A stretch of DNA of 63,747 nucleotides, counting the filler, from Intoshia linei (taxonomy: Eukaryota; Animalia; Orthonectida), in assembly GCA_001642005.1 (NCBI GenBank). It is 7 parts of 7 records of this genome, joined end to end, with 100 filler letters (N's around TTAATTAATTAA, not from the genome) between each part and the next. Parts side by side here need not be neighbours in the genome. Positions count along the whole stretch, not along the records: positions 39,892 to 43,956 come from LWCA01002010.1; positions 44,057 to 47,973 come from LWCA01002043.1; positions 48,074 to 59,750 come from LWCA01001151.1; 4 more parts are not named here. One strand, written 5' to 3'. Position 1 is the first letter of the stretch, and each line of letters begins with the position of its first letter. This document shows, piece after piece, positions 40,074 through 53,029 of the stretch. The notes under the pieces are model-generated. The model did not search any database and was not told the DNA's origin. It worked only from the letters and a program-made list of their open reading frames with translations. The position numbers and the translations under genes were made by a program.

Positions 40074-40819
40074 ATTTATATCAATTGATTGATTCATTTA
40101 ATTAATTTCAATTTAAACTTATTGGCGTTACAGTATTTAAAAGTCTCAGAATGACATCTTAACGATGCTTATTTCTAAATTCCTTTTCAAATAAGATGCA
40201 TATGTGACTATCTCACATCACATTAAAATTTCAGAGTTTTATTGAGAATGTGTAAATATTTATTTTAAAATAACTATAATTGGAAGTTTTGGCGTTCCAG
40301 AATTTTTTTGATTTTATCAATTATCTCAGCTTATTTTTCAATTAAAATTAATTTTTTACATGTATATAAGAAATTATTTTATCAACGTAACAAATCGAAA
40401 TTGGTTTATTTTTATTCTATACAAAACTAGATATGTCGATTTATATTTATACTTAATATTCTGTAAAAATAAATTTTTATCTAACATACATCAAAGCGTC
40501 TATAAATAGTGTTTAAATATAATTTTTTTGGCAGGTATTTTATAATTATTGTAAAATATAGGATTTATGCTCAACANTTTTTTTGGCAGGTATTTTATAA
40601 TTATTGTAAAATATAGGATTTATGCTCAACATTAAACCAAAAAAATAAATCTAATTTATCATTTTAATTTTTGCTATTTTGATATTTAGTGTAGAGAATG
40701 GGCCAATAATTTAAATTAATTAGTTCACTTAATAAAATATATATTAACATGTAACATGTAACAAGTAATTAAGATGTAAATCAAAAGTAATTACTCATGA
40801 AGCAATAATATATAAATTA

Positions 40820-41206
40820 CTAGGTTGACTGATATGTACTACGTACAAACAGGAGCTAAATCTGCCGAGGGCACATTTTTATTATACTTAAAAAATACAT
40901 TCACGTTAAAAATCTAACTTAAAAATCCTACATAATTTTTTTAAATTTAAATTGATGATTTTAAAATCCGTATCAGCGTATATATTTTTTGAAATTCTCC
41001 AACTTGTTTGATTTTCAAAAAAAAAGACAATTGGGGTTTTCACCCGTAAGATGTGGGTTTGGGAGATTGAAATTTATCTTATTATATGTCTCAGAAAAAC
41101 TGTAATTGAAATGTAGACTTTATAAAATTCTAAGACTGGTAGTTATTGAAATAAAGTGGAACACACACACAAACAAATATTACGTAGCATATTATAATAG
41201 TAAGGA
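40820..41206 (-). mobile_element. Short non-autonomous Helitron, both ends present
   Basis: Reverse complement of the 32323-32996 family with an internal deletion; TC and CTAG termini at an A|T target. Confidence 0.85.
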
Positions 41207-41466
41207 TTGCTATATAAAATTTTCTTACAGGTGGGTAAATAGAATATAATTTAAGAATATAAACCATGTAGTAATCGAATTGAACAATTTCTTGGCATCA
41301 ATTGAATTAAACTTACTTTATCTTGTAATTTGAATACATCCAGTTTAAATTTGGCTTTAAATTTGAGTAGCCCAATGGATTTCAGACTTAATCCTTCTAA
41401 TTAATAAATTATTAGGCACTACAACTGATAATTTCTAAATAGACTTCATATATAATTTAAATTTAG

Positions 41467-41931
41467 TATGAGAGCTCTAAAACTACTTATCTAAAAGCAT
41501 GCCAAATATTTCCCTCATGCTCATCTTGGATTGGTGTCGGCGTTAACTGTTACAAGGTATTTTTATCATATATTATATCAAGAAAAATAATATGATAAGT
41601 CTATTCTATCAGTATTTTAGTCATTATAAACGTTTTAGTTAAAAAACTATGAGGATGCAGAACAAGCCCTTTGTGAAGCCAATATTTTAAACAATAAAAT
41701 TCCAGAAGTATGGGCATATTTAACATTGATAGCTCTCAAATCTAATAAAAAAATAGAAGCTGAAAAATGTTACAAATATGTTATAAAGGTTTTTAGTTTG
41801 ACTAATTAATATAAATACAAAATTAGTTAAAATTAAAAAATGAAGTACTATTAAATGAAATAATGCAAGTTCAAAAAGAAAATAATTTTGGAGATACAAT
41901 GACACACGTTCCCAAAATGGCACAACATTAA
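41467..41931 (+). CDS. CFAP70: CFAP70/TTC18 C-terminal TPR region (last three exons)
   Basis: Exons 41467-41556, 41639-41788, 41826-41931: YESSKTTYLKACQIFPSCSSWIGVGVNCYK/LKNYEDAEQALCEANILNNKIPEVWAYLTLIALKSNKKIEAEKCYKYVIK/LKLKNEVLLNEIMQVQKENNFG, colinear with the CFAP70 C-terminus. Confidence 0.85.
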
Positions 41932-43328
41932 ATTATAAATACATTTTTATCTAAATGTATCTTTTCCATATATAACTTCATATAAGTAATTAAATTAAAA
42001 CATCTAAAAATTTGCACGCTGTTTTCAATTTATGGATAGAATTCAAAAAAATACGAAGGGTGAAGGAAGATTTAAAATTTTTATTCTTTTTCAGTGTAGA
42101 TGCCAAATATCAAAATTTTGTAAATTATATGTATGTAAAAATAGACCAAAACTTCGTTTTAAACCACATCATTTTAGTTTGTTTTATTTTTATAGACATT
42201 ATTATTATAAAATCAGAAAAATATCTATAATGCAGTTTTGTTTCAAAATTTAAAAGTTCAAAATAACTAAATCACGAGAATTAACAACCAATAACGGTAG
42301 AATAGCGAAATAAATAATTAACTGATTCATTTATGCAGTCTTTATTAAAGTTCAAATTTAAAAATTTCATCATATTGGAGAATTTGAAAAATATATTTAT
42401 GACATGGATGTAGCAGTATCAATATATTTTAGGAATAAAACCAATAATTTCGGTAATCAACACAAATTCGTTAATGAAACATTTTCAAAATTAGTCATCA
42501 GATTGTCATTTTTTTTTCATTGAATTTCTTAAAAAAATATTTGATGTGACACTCTAATGACCATTGAACCTTGTGAAAGACCATTATCGACATTAATTCA
42601 TGTTAGTAAATAAAATTAAACACTATAAACAAATTTAATTTAAATTCGTAACAATTTTCATTGTAAAAATAGAAATATAAACAGTATCTACGGTAATAAA
42701 ATATTCACAAAAGTGATGAATTAAATTTTATCGTTTTTAAAATCGTTTTACTCTTAATATTATCAACTTTTTATTTATTACTCAACAAAATTATTTTTTT
42801 ATACTAGTACTTAAAAAATATTTGAGTAGAAACATTTAAAATATTTTGACTCAATTCATATAAATTCATATCTTTTTTTGAAATTATATTATTTTTTTAA
42901 AAATAACGAAAAGTTTGTCCATGAACTGTGTCTAAAATCAACAATTTTTTATTAATATTTGTTAATATGATTAGTGTCACATGATCTATGTTATATATTA
43001 AAATTATAACAAATGATGGCAACTACAAGAGATAAAATGTTGCCATATTATTTTTTACTATCAAAAATGTTTACAAAACAAACAAACATAAAGACGCAGG
43101 GTTTTTTGTGACGAAAATAAAAAAAAATTATATCATTCTGCAGAAAATTAAATGGAACTTATTATCCAACGTCTTTTTTAAATCTCAAAAAAAGTGCAAA
43201 TTGGAATACCCTTATTATACAATGTAATAATTTGATAACTGCGATAATATATATTGATTTAGTTACATTGCATTACAGTACATAAATGTACACTATTCCT
43301 CAAAAATTGAAACATAATTTTATTACAA

Positions 43329-43956
43329 ATGATTGTAGAAGAATTGAATAATTCAGAAAATAAATGTTGCAGTACTAGTTTATTATCGAATGATTCAGAA
43401 ACTTCCTTAATACCCAGTGCTAACGAATTTAATGACACTACTGAACATAAATTCATTAAAAGTCGTTGGTTCAGATACATAGTAGCAATATTGATAATAT
43501 TTCTCCCAATCGGTGTATTTTGTTGTTTTGACGCTCCAAGTGCTATGGCTAAAGAAATGGCAAATTATCCGCCAGGTGTAGATGCATCAAAAATAATGTT
43601 TCTGATGTCATTTTATTCTTTGCCAAATATTGTATTTGCATTTATTGGAGGGTTTGTTGTAGACAGCGTACTAGGATTGAGAAATGGAGCGATAACATTT
43701 GCGATAACAGTTTTCGTAGGATATACTATTGAAATTATTGGTGTTTTCAGCAACCAACTTTGGTTAATGTGTGTGGGTCGACTAATATTTGGATTAGGTG
43801 GAGAATCTTTACAAGTAACTGCAAATGCCTATATAATTAAATGGTTTAGTCAATATGGAGAAGTTAATACAGTTTTTGGGTTATTGCTCAGTGTGGCTCG
43901 TTTAGGAACTTCCATCAGTTTAATGATATTACCCTCTATTTATAAATCGATAAAAT
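43329..43956 (+). CDS. MFSD1: MFSD1-like lysosomal MFS transporter, 5' part (cut by gap)
   Basis: FCCFDAPSAM, YSLPNIVFAFIGGFVVDSVLGLRNG, GRLIFGLGGESL, VFGLLLSVARLGTS match MFSD1; intronless over this stretch. Confidence 0.9.
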
Positions 43957-44165
43957 NNNNNNNNNNNNNNNNNNNNNNNNNNNNNNNNNNNNNNNNNNNN
44001 TTAATTAATTAANNNNNNNNNNNNNNNNNNNNNNNNNNNNNNNNNNNNNNNNNNNNATCTACGTAAAAGATATTAAAATAACGTATACTTCATTGTAACT
44101 ACGTAAAACACATTAATAACTCAATTATAATCGACAAATAAACATTAACAGTCTGAAGTTTAAAT

Positions 44166-46060
44166 TGTAATGTTGTGTTGATAAGACTTATCATAAGTAT
44201 TTCATAAATACATAATTATAAATGTGGGCCGTTTTTGTAGAGTACACACACAGAGTTTGTGAGTAGACTCACCCTGAAAAACTGTAGTAGAAATATGGAT
44301 TTTTTAAAACTCGACTCATCTTACATAGATAGATTACTATAAACAGAAAAATAACTTATTTTATATATGTAAGGATAAACAAATATACAAAATAAACTAT
44401 GGTAGTTATTTTTAAATAGACATTACATTCAAAACTTAAATCCTCGTTCGCAACTGATTCCCTCAATTTCAGGATAATTTAATGGTGCCATACTGATTGT
44501 AATCATAATAATAAACTAATTTATTTTACCACCAAGATTGATTCCAATTTGTGAACGAGTCTATGTCGAGTTTATGTTGTTCCACACTAACTGATCCTAT
44601 TACTATATCATCAAGATAAATAAAAACATTAGGCATATCTGAAAATAACATATCCATCAATTTTTGCCAGGTTGCTGGCAAATTAGTTAACCCCTGGGAC
44701 ATACCCTTGTATAGGAATTACTTATTGTTAGTTGTAGTAGTGAATGTAGTTTTTCAACGATGTTTTGTAGTCATAGGAATTTACCAATAACCATTATTCA
44801 AATCGAAAGTTGAAAATATCTTCGATCCTTGTAATGAATCTAAAACATGTTTATAATTAGGTGTAGGATATAAATCTTTTAGTGTATAAGAATTAAGAAC
44901 TCGAAAGTCATCGACAAAACGATCAGTAAGGTCCTTTTTTTATTAAAAAGTAATTAGATGAAACTAGACTATTACTGGGTTCTATGATATCATCTTGGAT
45001 CATTTTATTTATTAATTTTCGGATTTTAATTCTTCATTGATACATAGGATAAAATAGAATAGGGTCTAATTTTTTTAAATTCATAGCCATCTTTTAATTC
45101 AATGGTATGTTCGATGAGATGTGTTCGTCCCATTTTATTAGTAATTACATCAGAAAATTTATTAATAATGTTGAACATATCTTCAGAACAAAATTTTATT
45201 GTTTTTGTCATGCACCTAACATTTACTGTGATTAGTCCATATGACAGCATCTCAACAGCCTAGGATATTTATAGTATCACTGACATAAAAGGTGAGATAC
45301 CAGAATCCATATTTTAACTTAATTTTACCATACACTTTTAAATTAGACCCATCGGCAGTCTTAACATTAATTTGAGAATTAATTTTACTTCTCCAAATAA
45401 TAATAATAATAATCCTAATAATTTCTGTTTATTAATACAATTAATGTTCGATTCAATATCTATAATAAATCGAATACTTTTTGTAACCTTAAAATAACTA
45501 ACCTCCATTTCATACGTAATTTCAGTCTATGGGTTTATTTGTAACGTCCTTACCCTAGGTTTGATATCCTTTACATAACAGTTACGTGCTAAATGACCAA
45601 TTTTACCACATATATAGCATTTTGAGCCGTTTCTATCGTTTATCATTGGAACAAGAGATTCATTCTTTTTATTTAATTTTAAAGCCTCCAATATTGTCGT
45701 AATCTCATTTATATTATTACACTTCCAATATGTGACTGGTAATTCATAGGATCTTTGACAATTTACATTGATAACATTCAAAATATGTCGCTTACCTTTT
45801 GACCTTCTTTGACCAACTGGTACATTGGGACATTTGGGACACAGTTTTTGTAATCTGTTCAAGAATTGGTTAACTGTTTCGTTACTCTTCTGTCCATTAT
45901 AGAAAAACTTACTTCATTAATATGAGTAAATTCCAGTTTATTTTTTGAAATGAGTAATTCAATTGCCTCAAATGGGTTCAATGAATCATTTTCAGCTTTC
46001 GCCTTCATAATGTATAAAAAATCTTCCGTGTTCAATAATTCACGTAAAAGTAACAATTTT
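44166..46060 (-). mobile_element. Decayed Ty3/Gypsy LTR retrotransposon with putative 3' LTR
   Basis: Gag CCHC knuckle CYICGKIGHLARNC, degenerate protease FIIDIES, RT motifs FSTFDLNNGYW and FIYLDDIVI with stops. Putative LTR 44166-44427 bounded by TGTAATG...CATTACA. No integrase or 5' LTR seen. Confidence 0.85.
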
Positions 46061-46208
46061 CAACCAAAGTCGTCACGAGGACAGATTTTTATATATTGTA
46101 TTATCACTACTAAAGTGATAAATTTAATGATACACTTTAGGAGTGCTAATACAATATATAAAATGTCAATAAAAGTGGTGAATTTTACTTTATTACATTA
46201 TTAATTAA

Positions 46209-46403
46209 ATGTTTCTCATAGATTGGATTATTATTGCATTTTGCATTATAATATCATTGTTTCTTACATTTTATTTTAAAGTATATCGTGTTTATTATAA
46301 ACATTATCAAATGGTTAAAACTGACAGTAATTTTATACTTTCCAAAAAAGGACCTATGGGGTTGATCCCTGTTGCTGTCTCAATTCTGGTTTCGTTTGTA
46401 TCG
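46209..46403 (+). CDS. SLC5 sodium/solute symporter (SMVT/SMCT-like), exon 1 only
   Basis: DWIIIAFCIIISLFLTFYF...FILSKKGPMGLIPVAVSILVSFVS resembles SLC5A6/8 DYVVF...MGCLPVALSLLATFQS; donor GTAATT at 46404. Confidence 0.75.
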
Positions 46404-46791
46404 GTAATTTAATTAAATTAATTTCACTTTCAATATGATAAAAAATTACAATTATAATTGATAAGTGATAACAGCTAAAATTTAGCCTAGATTTTAAATA
46501 TCATTAAAAATATAATGGTACAGATCAAGGTTATATAATTATTTTACTTTTACAATGTAAACATACTTCTTGCCAATTTTACAATTTAACATGTGATTTT
46601 GTTAAATTGAATTCATATAAATGAAGTAAGATTGATAGATTCAGTATTAAGCACCATTTTAATATACATAAGTCGCCTAAAAATCCTAATATCAAATTGA
46701 ATATGTAGCAATAGGTGTCCGCCTTCAAATAAAATCGTATTCAGATGAGGTGGCGTGAAAAATTTTCAGAATCCTTACTTATATAAAGTAA

Positions 46792-47973
46792 CTAGGTTGA
46801 CTGTTATGTACTACGTACAAATAAGAACTAGCTCTGCCGAACACACATGTTTATTATACTTAAAATATAAATTAACGTTAAAAATCTAATTTAAAAATCA
46901 TACTATTTCCTATTATCAATCATTTAAAGGAGTGCTTCTCTAATTTGTTTCAAGTGGAACCATCATATCACATTACTTTTTAATTTAAAGTGAATTATTT
47001 CATCTTAATTTTGTTTTGTTAACATTTACATAAAGAATTTCAAAAACAATTATTATCCCATTTTTTTAATTTATTAGAAAGAATGTGTGTATAATATAAA
47101 AAATAAAATATAAACAGTCCAATCCTAAAAATTGTCATAAATAGCATAAATTCCAGAAAAAATAAAATTAAGAAACCTATTTTGTCATTTTCAATGTGAT
47201 GACATATATTCAGTATCAATTTAATAAATAAATCCTAAAAATTGTCATAAATAGCATAAATTCCAGAAAAAATAAAATTATAAACTATTTTGTTATTTTT
47301 AATGTGATGACATATATTCAGTACCAATTTAATAAATATTGAAAATTAATAATTAACTGAATCTTCACTTTATAAACATTTCAGTCAAATTTTACCATTA
47401 TTGCAAAGAATTGTAATATAAAAATGATATTAAACAAGTTTTTTTAGTTTCGTTGTTTAATTTCTTTTTTAAATTTGAATGTTTTAATAAAAATGTTTTG
47501 AAAATAAAAATTAGAAATTTAAAAATTGCCAAGGAATGAATTATATAGATTTTCACCCATATATCTTTATTGGAAATGTGTAGACGTACAATGCAAACTT
47601 TTTTTGAAATTGTAGGATCAATATTTACATTTTCAATTTTTATTTTAATCGAAATATTCAAAAAATATGGTTGATAATATATTAAAAAAAAATTATTTTT
47701 CATCGGGAATGCGTAAATTTCTTGGGTTGAACTTTTGTATTTATATCAACTGGAATAAGCTCTATATAAATAATTTTTTTNGTTTCGTTGTTGTAGTTTC
47801 TTATTTAAATTTGAATGTTTGAATAAAAATGTTTTGAAAATGAAAATTTGAAATTTAAAAATTGCGTAGCAATGAAAAAAATTCTGAAGGGATGAATTAT
47901 ATAGATTTTCACCCATATCTCTTTATTGGAAATGTGTAGACGTACAATGCCCATTTTTTTGAAATTGTAGGAT
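46792..47973 (-). mobile_element. Helitron 3' and internal portion in SLC5 intron
   Basis: CTAG end plus hairpin at 46792-46840; internal sequence homologous to 54945-55860; ~110-bp tandem duplication at 47120-47340. Confidence 0.75.
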
Positions 47974-48211
47974 NNNNNNNNNNNNNNNNNNNNNNNNNNN
48001 NNNNNNNNNNNNNNNNNTTAATTAATTAANNNNNNNNNNNNNNNNNNNNNNNNNNNNNNNNNNNNNNNNNNNNTAATATTGAATTTACGCGTTCGTTAAT
48101 CAAAAATTCGTTAAATACCAGATATTTTTAGGCATTTATATAGAAAATAAAATTTCGACGTTCGTTAAATGAAATATTCGTTAAATGAGATTTTGACTGT
48201 ATGCTGTAGAC

Positions 48212-48879
48212 CAGGGGTTCTCAACGTGGGCCACAGAAAATTTTCAACATTAAAAAAAATTTGGTGTATTAAGCTATAAAATTGCTAACCAAAACAAAAT
48301 CTATAAATGTATAATGAATTTGAAATATAAATTTGTAATTATGGTTTACAGATCTTCAAAAATTTGAACTAGATGATGAAACCAGTCCTGAGCTAACTGA
48401 AAAACTCTTGGACTTAATTTAATTATTTTAAGTCTTAAAAGAAGATTTAAAATTAATAAGACGAATACAAAAGGAAGGTATATTTGGATTTATGGGAATT
48501 CGAGAATCAAAATTAATTGTGTCTGATAATGTTCAACCAAGCATTATTGCTTTTCCTACAATATGGCTTGTAGAAGCTGGATTTTCAGCAGTGGTCGATA
48601 TTTTTAGTAAGAGGTCAAAATTGGATGTGAACAACCGAGGAATAATGCGATTAAGATTGAATAAACTAATAGAAATTGATCACGATTCATTGTACAACAA
48701 ACACCAATGCCAAGGCAGTCTAAATTTATTAATTTAAATTAAGGCTAGTATAAGTTTAAATAAATAAAGGATTTTTTGCTGTAAATAAAAGTAAATATTT
48801 CAAGGTTTTTTAAGGTGAGCCATGGAATTTTAGGCAAAACATTTTTGGGTCATGGCCTCAAAAAGGTTGAGAACCGCTG
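48212..48879 (+). mobile_element. Internally deleted Buster/Charlie hAT element
   Basis: TIR CAGGGGTTCTCAAC / GTTGAGAACCGCTG, TSD CTGTAGAC/CCGTAGAC; encodes IIAFPTIWLVEAGFSAV...RSKLDV...HQCQGS (hAT dimerisation domain). Confidence 0.9.
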
Positions 48880-49200
48880 CCGTAGACAAAGGTATGTTCA
48901 TACCAGATAATAACGAACGCCAATCACCACCTGAACTGTCAACATCCGTGATTTTTTATCTTTTTCTATTTCTGTCATATCTTTTAGCATTAACTTTACG
49001 GTACATGTGTAATATTTATTTTAACGATATTACGTATTTTAAATTTATTTTGTTTATTTTAAAAATTTAATATTCTCGTTTTGAAGTTTAATATTCTTAT
49101 TTTGAAGTTTATTATTTTTATTTTGAAATTAAAAAGGTATAGTTAATAATTAACTAAATGTATTTCATATTTAAATTGATTTTTGTAAATTAAATTTTAG

Positions 49201-51054
49201 CCATTTACTATTCTTTTGCGGTTGGAGGTGCTGCTTGCGGATATTTATTGGGCGGCATTTTTCTTACAATTGATGAAGGATGGTGGATAGGTTTTGTTCT
49301 ATCATTTTGCATTTGTATTTTGGTCGGATTTCCATTGTCTGCATTTGGAAGATATGTTCCAGGTTTTAATGTTTTTATTATTCAATTATACGATATATCA
49401 CAATTTTTATGATTATTTTACATTTTTTTTTGCCATACATTGTAGTAATTTTTAGAGCATGCCTTAATTGAAAAAAATAGAGATCGTTCCTATTCCTATA
49501 CCAGCACTCCACTCGAAAAATTTAATAGAAATACAGCAAAGAGCACAATAAATAAATCTTTTGAAAATGACCCCGAAAAAACAACTCTGGATAATGACGA
49601 AATTAACGTACTGCAAACTTTAAGATACTTTAATTTACAAGAACTTATTCCGGCTATAAAACGAATACTTACAAATAAAGTTTTGATGCTCATTATTACC
49701 GCCAATACTATTGATTCATTTTTGATTATTGGTTTAATTTTATTTATCCCTAAATATATTGAAACTCAATTCAATACTCCTGCAAGTTCGTCATCAATTT
49801 ATGCTGGTACATTCTTTCTTTTCTATTTAATTAATTTACCGTAATCTAATTATAATCAAAATTAGGAATCGCAGCAATACCTAGTGGTATTATTGGAACG
49901 GTGATTGGCGGTATAATTATTCGAAACATGAATGTTACTAAAAGGCTTTTATTTTCAGTAGTTTGTTTTGGAATTGCTGTCCCAGTCATGTTTGCATTTT
50001 ATCTAAAGTGTGATACAATTAAAATTACAGGACTGAACGAAGCATACAATGACAGGTATCTACTTTATTTTTTACAATGAACTTTTTCACATTTTACCTA
50101 ATGTAAATATTTGAAACGTTTTAACGTTGCGTGATCCAAATCTTTTAAATTTGATTACCATATAAAACCTTTTTTTAAATGTGAAAACCTGGTCCTACCA
50201 TATTGATAACTGAACTGTTAACCATTTAGAACAAGTATACAACTGAATGATGCATGTAATACTCAATGCAACTGTACAATTTCTAATATAAGAGATTTAT
50301 CAAAATCAATGATTTGTGCTATAACCCCAGAAGATGAAAAGATTTACTTTATTTCGCCATGTTTTGCGGGATGTCGCGGTGAATCTGATGTATATTTTTT
50401 TTGAAATAATGTAATAAATATTTATTTATTATGATTAATAAAATGATAAAAAAATATGTAACATTGTTTTTGTAATTTAAAATTTAGAACAAAATTTGCA
50501 ATTGTTTTCATTCGAAATGGAGATACCCTGCAAACAATGACGTTTGTCACAACTCGATGTGTACAGTCATGATTTCTGTTTACATTATAATGATTGGCAT
50601 AGGTATTTTACTAACATTTGCCTCTGCCAGTTCAACAATACAATCAATTTTAAGGTTTCATATATATTTTTTATATTTATTCCATTTTCAGAGTGGTAAA
50701 ATTCAAAGATCGCAGTTTAGCAACCGGAGTAGGTTGGATGTTTGGGCGAGTTTTTGGTACATTCAAAATTATTTATTTTATATGAATTCAGGAACATTGC
50801 CTGGTCCAATACTTTTTGGATTAATAATTGATAAATCGTGTTCTCTATGGAATAATACTGGTTGTAAGGGTAATTCGGATTGGATCTGCCTTCAGTACGA
50901 ATCTGAAAAATTGGTAAAATATGCAACCATTTTGGCACTTAGTTGCAAGATATTATCGCTAATTGTCATGTCTCTGGCAGCCTTTTTACACCATAGACAT
51001 TGCCAGAAACGTAAAAAATCTAAACGCAACATAAAATATAAACTTGATGTGTAA
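49201..51054 (+). CDS. Organic anion transporting polypeptide (SLCO/OATP), 3' two-thirds
   Basis: Seven exons: GYLLGGIFL...WWIGF, AIKRILTNKV, FIPKYIETQFNTPASSSSIYAG, Kazal-like CNTQCNC...YFISPCFAGC, ILRVVKFKDRSLATG, PGPILFGLIIDKSCSLWNNTGC; stop 51052-51054; 5' exons beyond the gap. Confidence 0.93.
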
Positions 51055-53029
51055 TATACTGTACGGATAAATTTATTAAAATTTTAAAATCTAATTTATT
51101 CCAATTGGCAGATAAACATTGATTCCTTCGGGGTATTCAAATTTAGCATGGTAAAAAACACTGCACCATGTAACAATACATACTAGGTACAGTACAGCTC
51201 CAATTATTGATAATTTAACATCTAATAAAATGTTGATTAGAATATATGTTAATGTGTTATATTAGTGGTCCTCAAATGTATGAGCAATATGATAATCTTA
51301 AAGAAAATATTATATCGTAACTGAATTCGACACATGACATTTTTTCAGGTTGAGAAATGTAACAACTTATTTTTTTATATCAAAAAAAATTTAGTGCACT
51401 TTTTGGGTGGTTTGTTTGGGCTAGGAAATCTTTTATTCAAAAACCAGTTATATACAGTAATTACATGTATCAACTTTTTTCATTGTTTTTGATTGGCGTT
51501 TGTCTGAAATTACAGGTAAAAACCAATACGCATTAATTATCCACATGACAGGCAGGAAAAATATACCAGCTAAATAATTATTAAGTAGTCACGTTCATTG
51601 TACCTATAAAATATAATCTACATATTCGCAACACTTTCAATTCGTACGTTTTTTGTGACATTAAAATATAAAAAAATTCAAATGTATAAATTTGAATTTA
51701 AGTTATGTTCATGGAAATGTTTACGTGTATGTGTTTATTTTTAAGTCAAACTTTATATAGGGTGACCAGGAGTACACATTTGCATAAGTTATTATTTGAT
51801 GTACAGATTCTGTAGCTACACGCAGTATAATTATTAATCTTGCTGCCAGAAGTAAAGTTGAATTCTTCATTTGAAAACGATCAGAGTTGTCTTAACTCAT
51901 ACATCCTAAATTATATACAGTCAGACTCGTCAATAATGAACGTTAAATGTCGGATTTTTGGCACATTCATTAATTATTTCGGGGATTTAATCAACATTTC
52001 GAATTATAGGGATGCCTTTTTAAAAACTGTACCAATTTATGAACCAAAAATTGTAGATTTGTACGAAAGCCAATGTTTTAAAAAACGTGCATATCTATTA
52101 TATCCGATAGACCAGTGATTTACACCGTAGCAGTGACGACTCTCCAACTCGGGTTAGTCGGGCAAAGTCCGAGTTGATATTTTTATATTTTTTGAAAAAT
52201 TAAAAAAATATATATATTTTCGAGTATTAAATTTTTTAATAATTGTTAAATTAATTTCTAATTTGTTAATATGAGCACAATTATATATTCAGATTCTAAA
52301 ATTCTGAAAAGATTATTCACTTGACAATCACTCAGCGAAATATTTCCATAAATGTTTAAATCCATTTAAAATTTAAATACCTAACTGTCATACTTAAATT
52401 TGCCTAGTAAATAAATCTATAGATTAAATTTATATAGCGGTTATATCTAAAATTTGATGAGAAATTATTCATATCTTAGTTATATTTACTTGACAATCAC
52501 TAGTAAGCGAAATATTTGCATAAATGTTTAAATCAATTTAGAATTTATAATCTGAAAACTTTTTCCGACACACCAATCTAAAAATATACTATTCTTTCGT
52601 TGAAACCAAATTTTTTCTAATAATAATCTTAAAATAAATATAAAATTATTGCTCCACTATAGATTAAAAATAATTATATATGTAATGTTATTAAAAAAAA
52701 TGTATAAATTGAAAGAAGTGTGAATTAAAGTGAACAAATACAAAAATAATGAGATTATTTTAAATACACGTACAATATAATATGTATAATATAAATGTTT
52801 ATATCTAATAAATTACAAAATTAATGAAAGATTTGTGATTGTTTGGATGAACATTCTTTTAATATCTTTATATATAACATAAAATTACATTTGTATAAAC
52901 GAGATTTAAATTACTTTTTCATTATTTCAAAAATGTGCGTGAACGATATGAAAAGGTGTATTTGATGTTTTATTTATTGATTTTGACTGTAGAATAATGA
53001 ATAATGACTCTGATAGATGATAATGAAAA

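Noticed and set aside
40518-40631. ~54-bp perfect direct repeat
   Set aside because: Copies are separated by a single n, so probably a contig-overlap artefact; the repeat around n at 47781 is similarly suspect.
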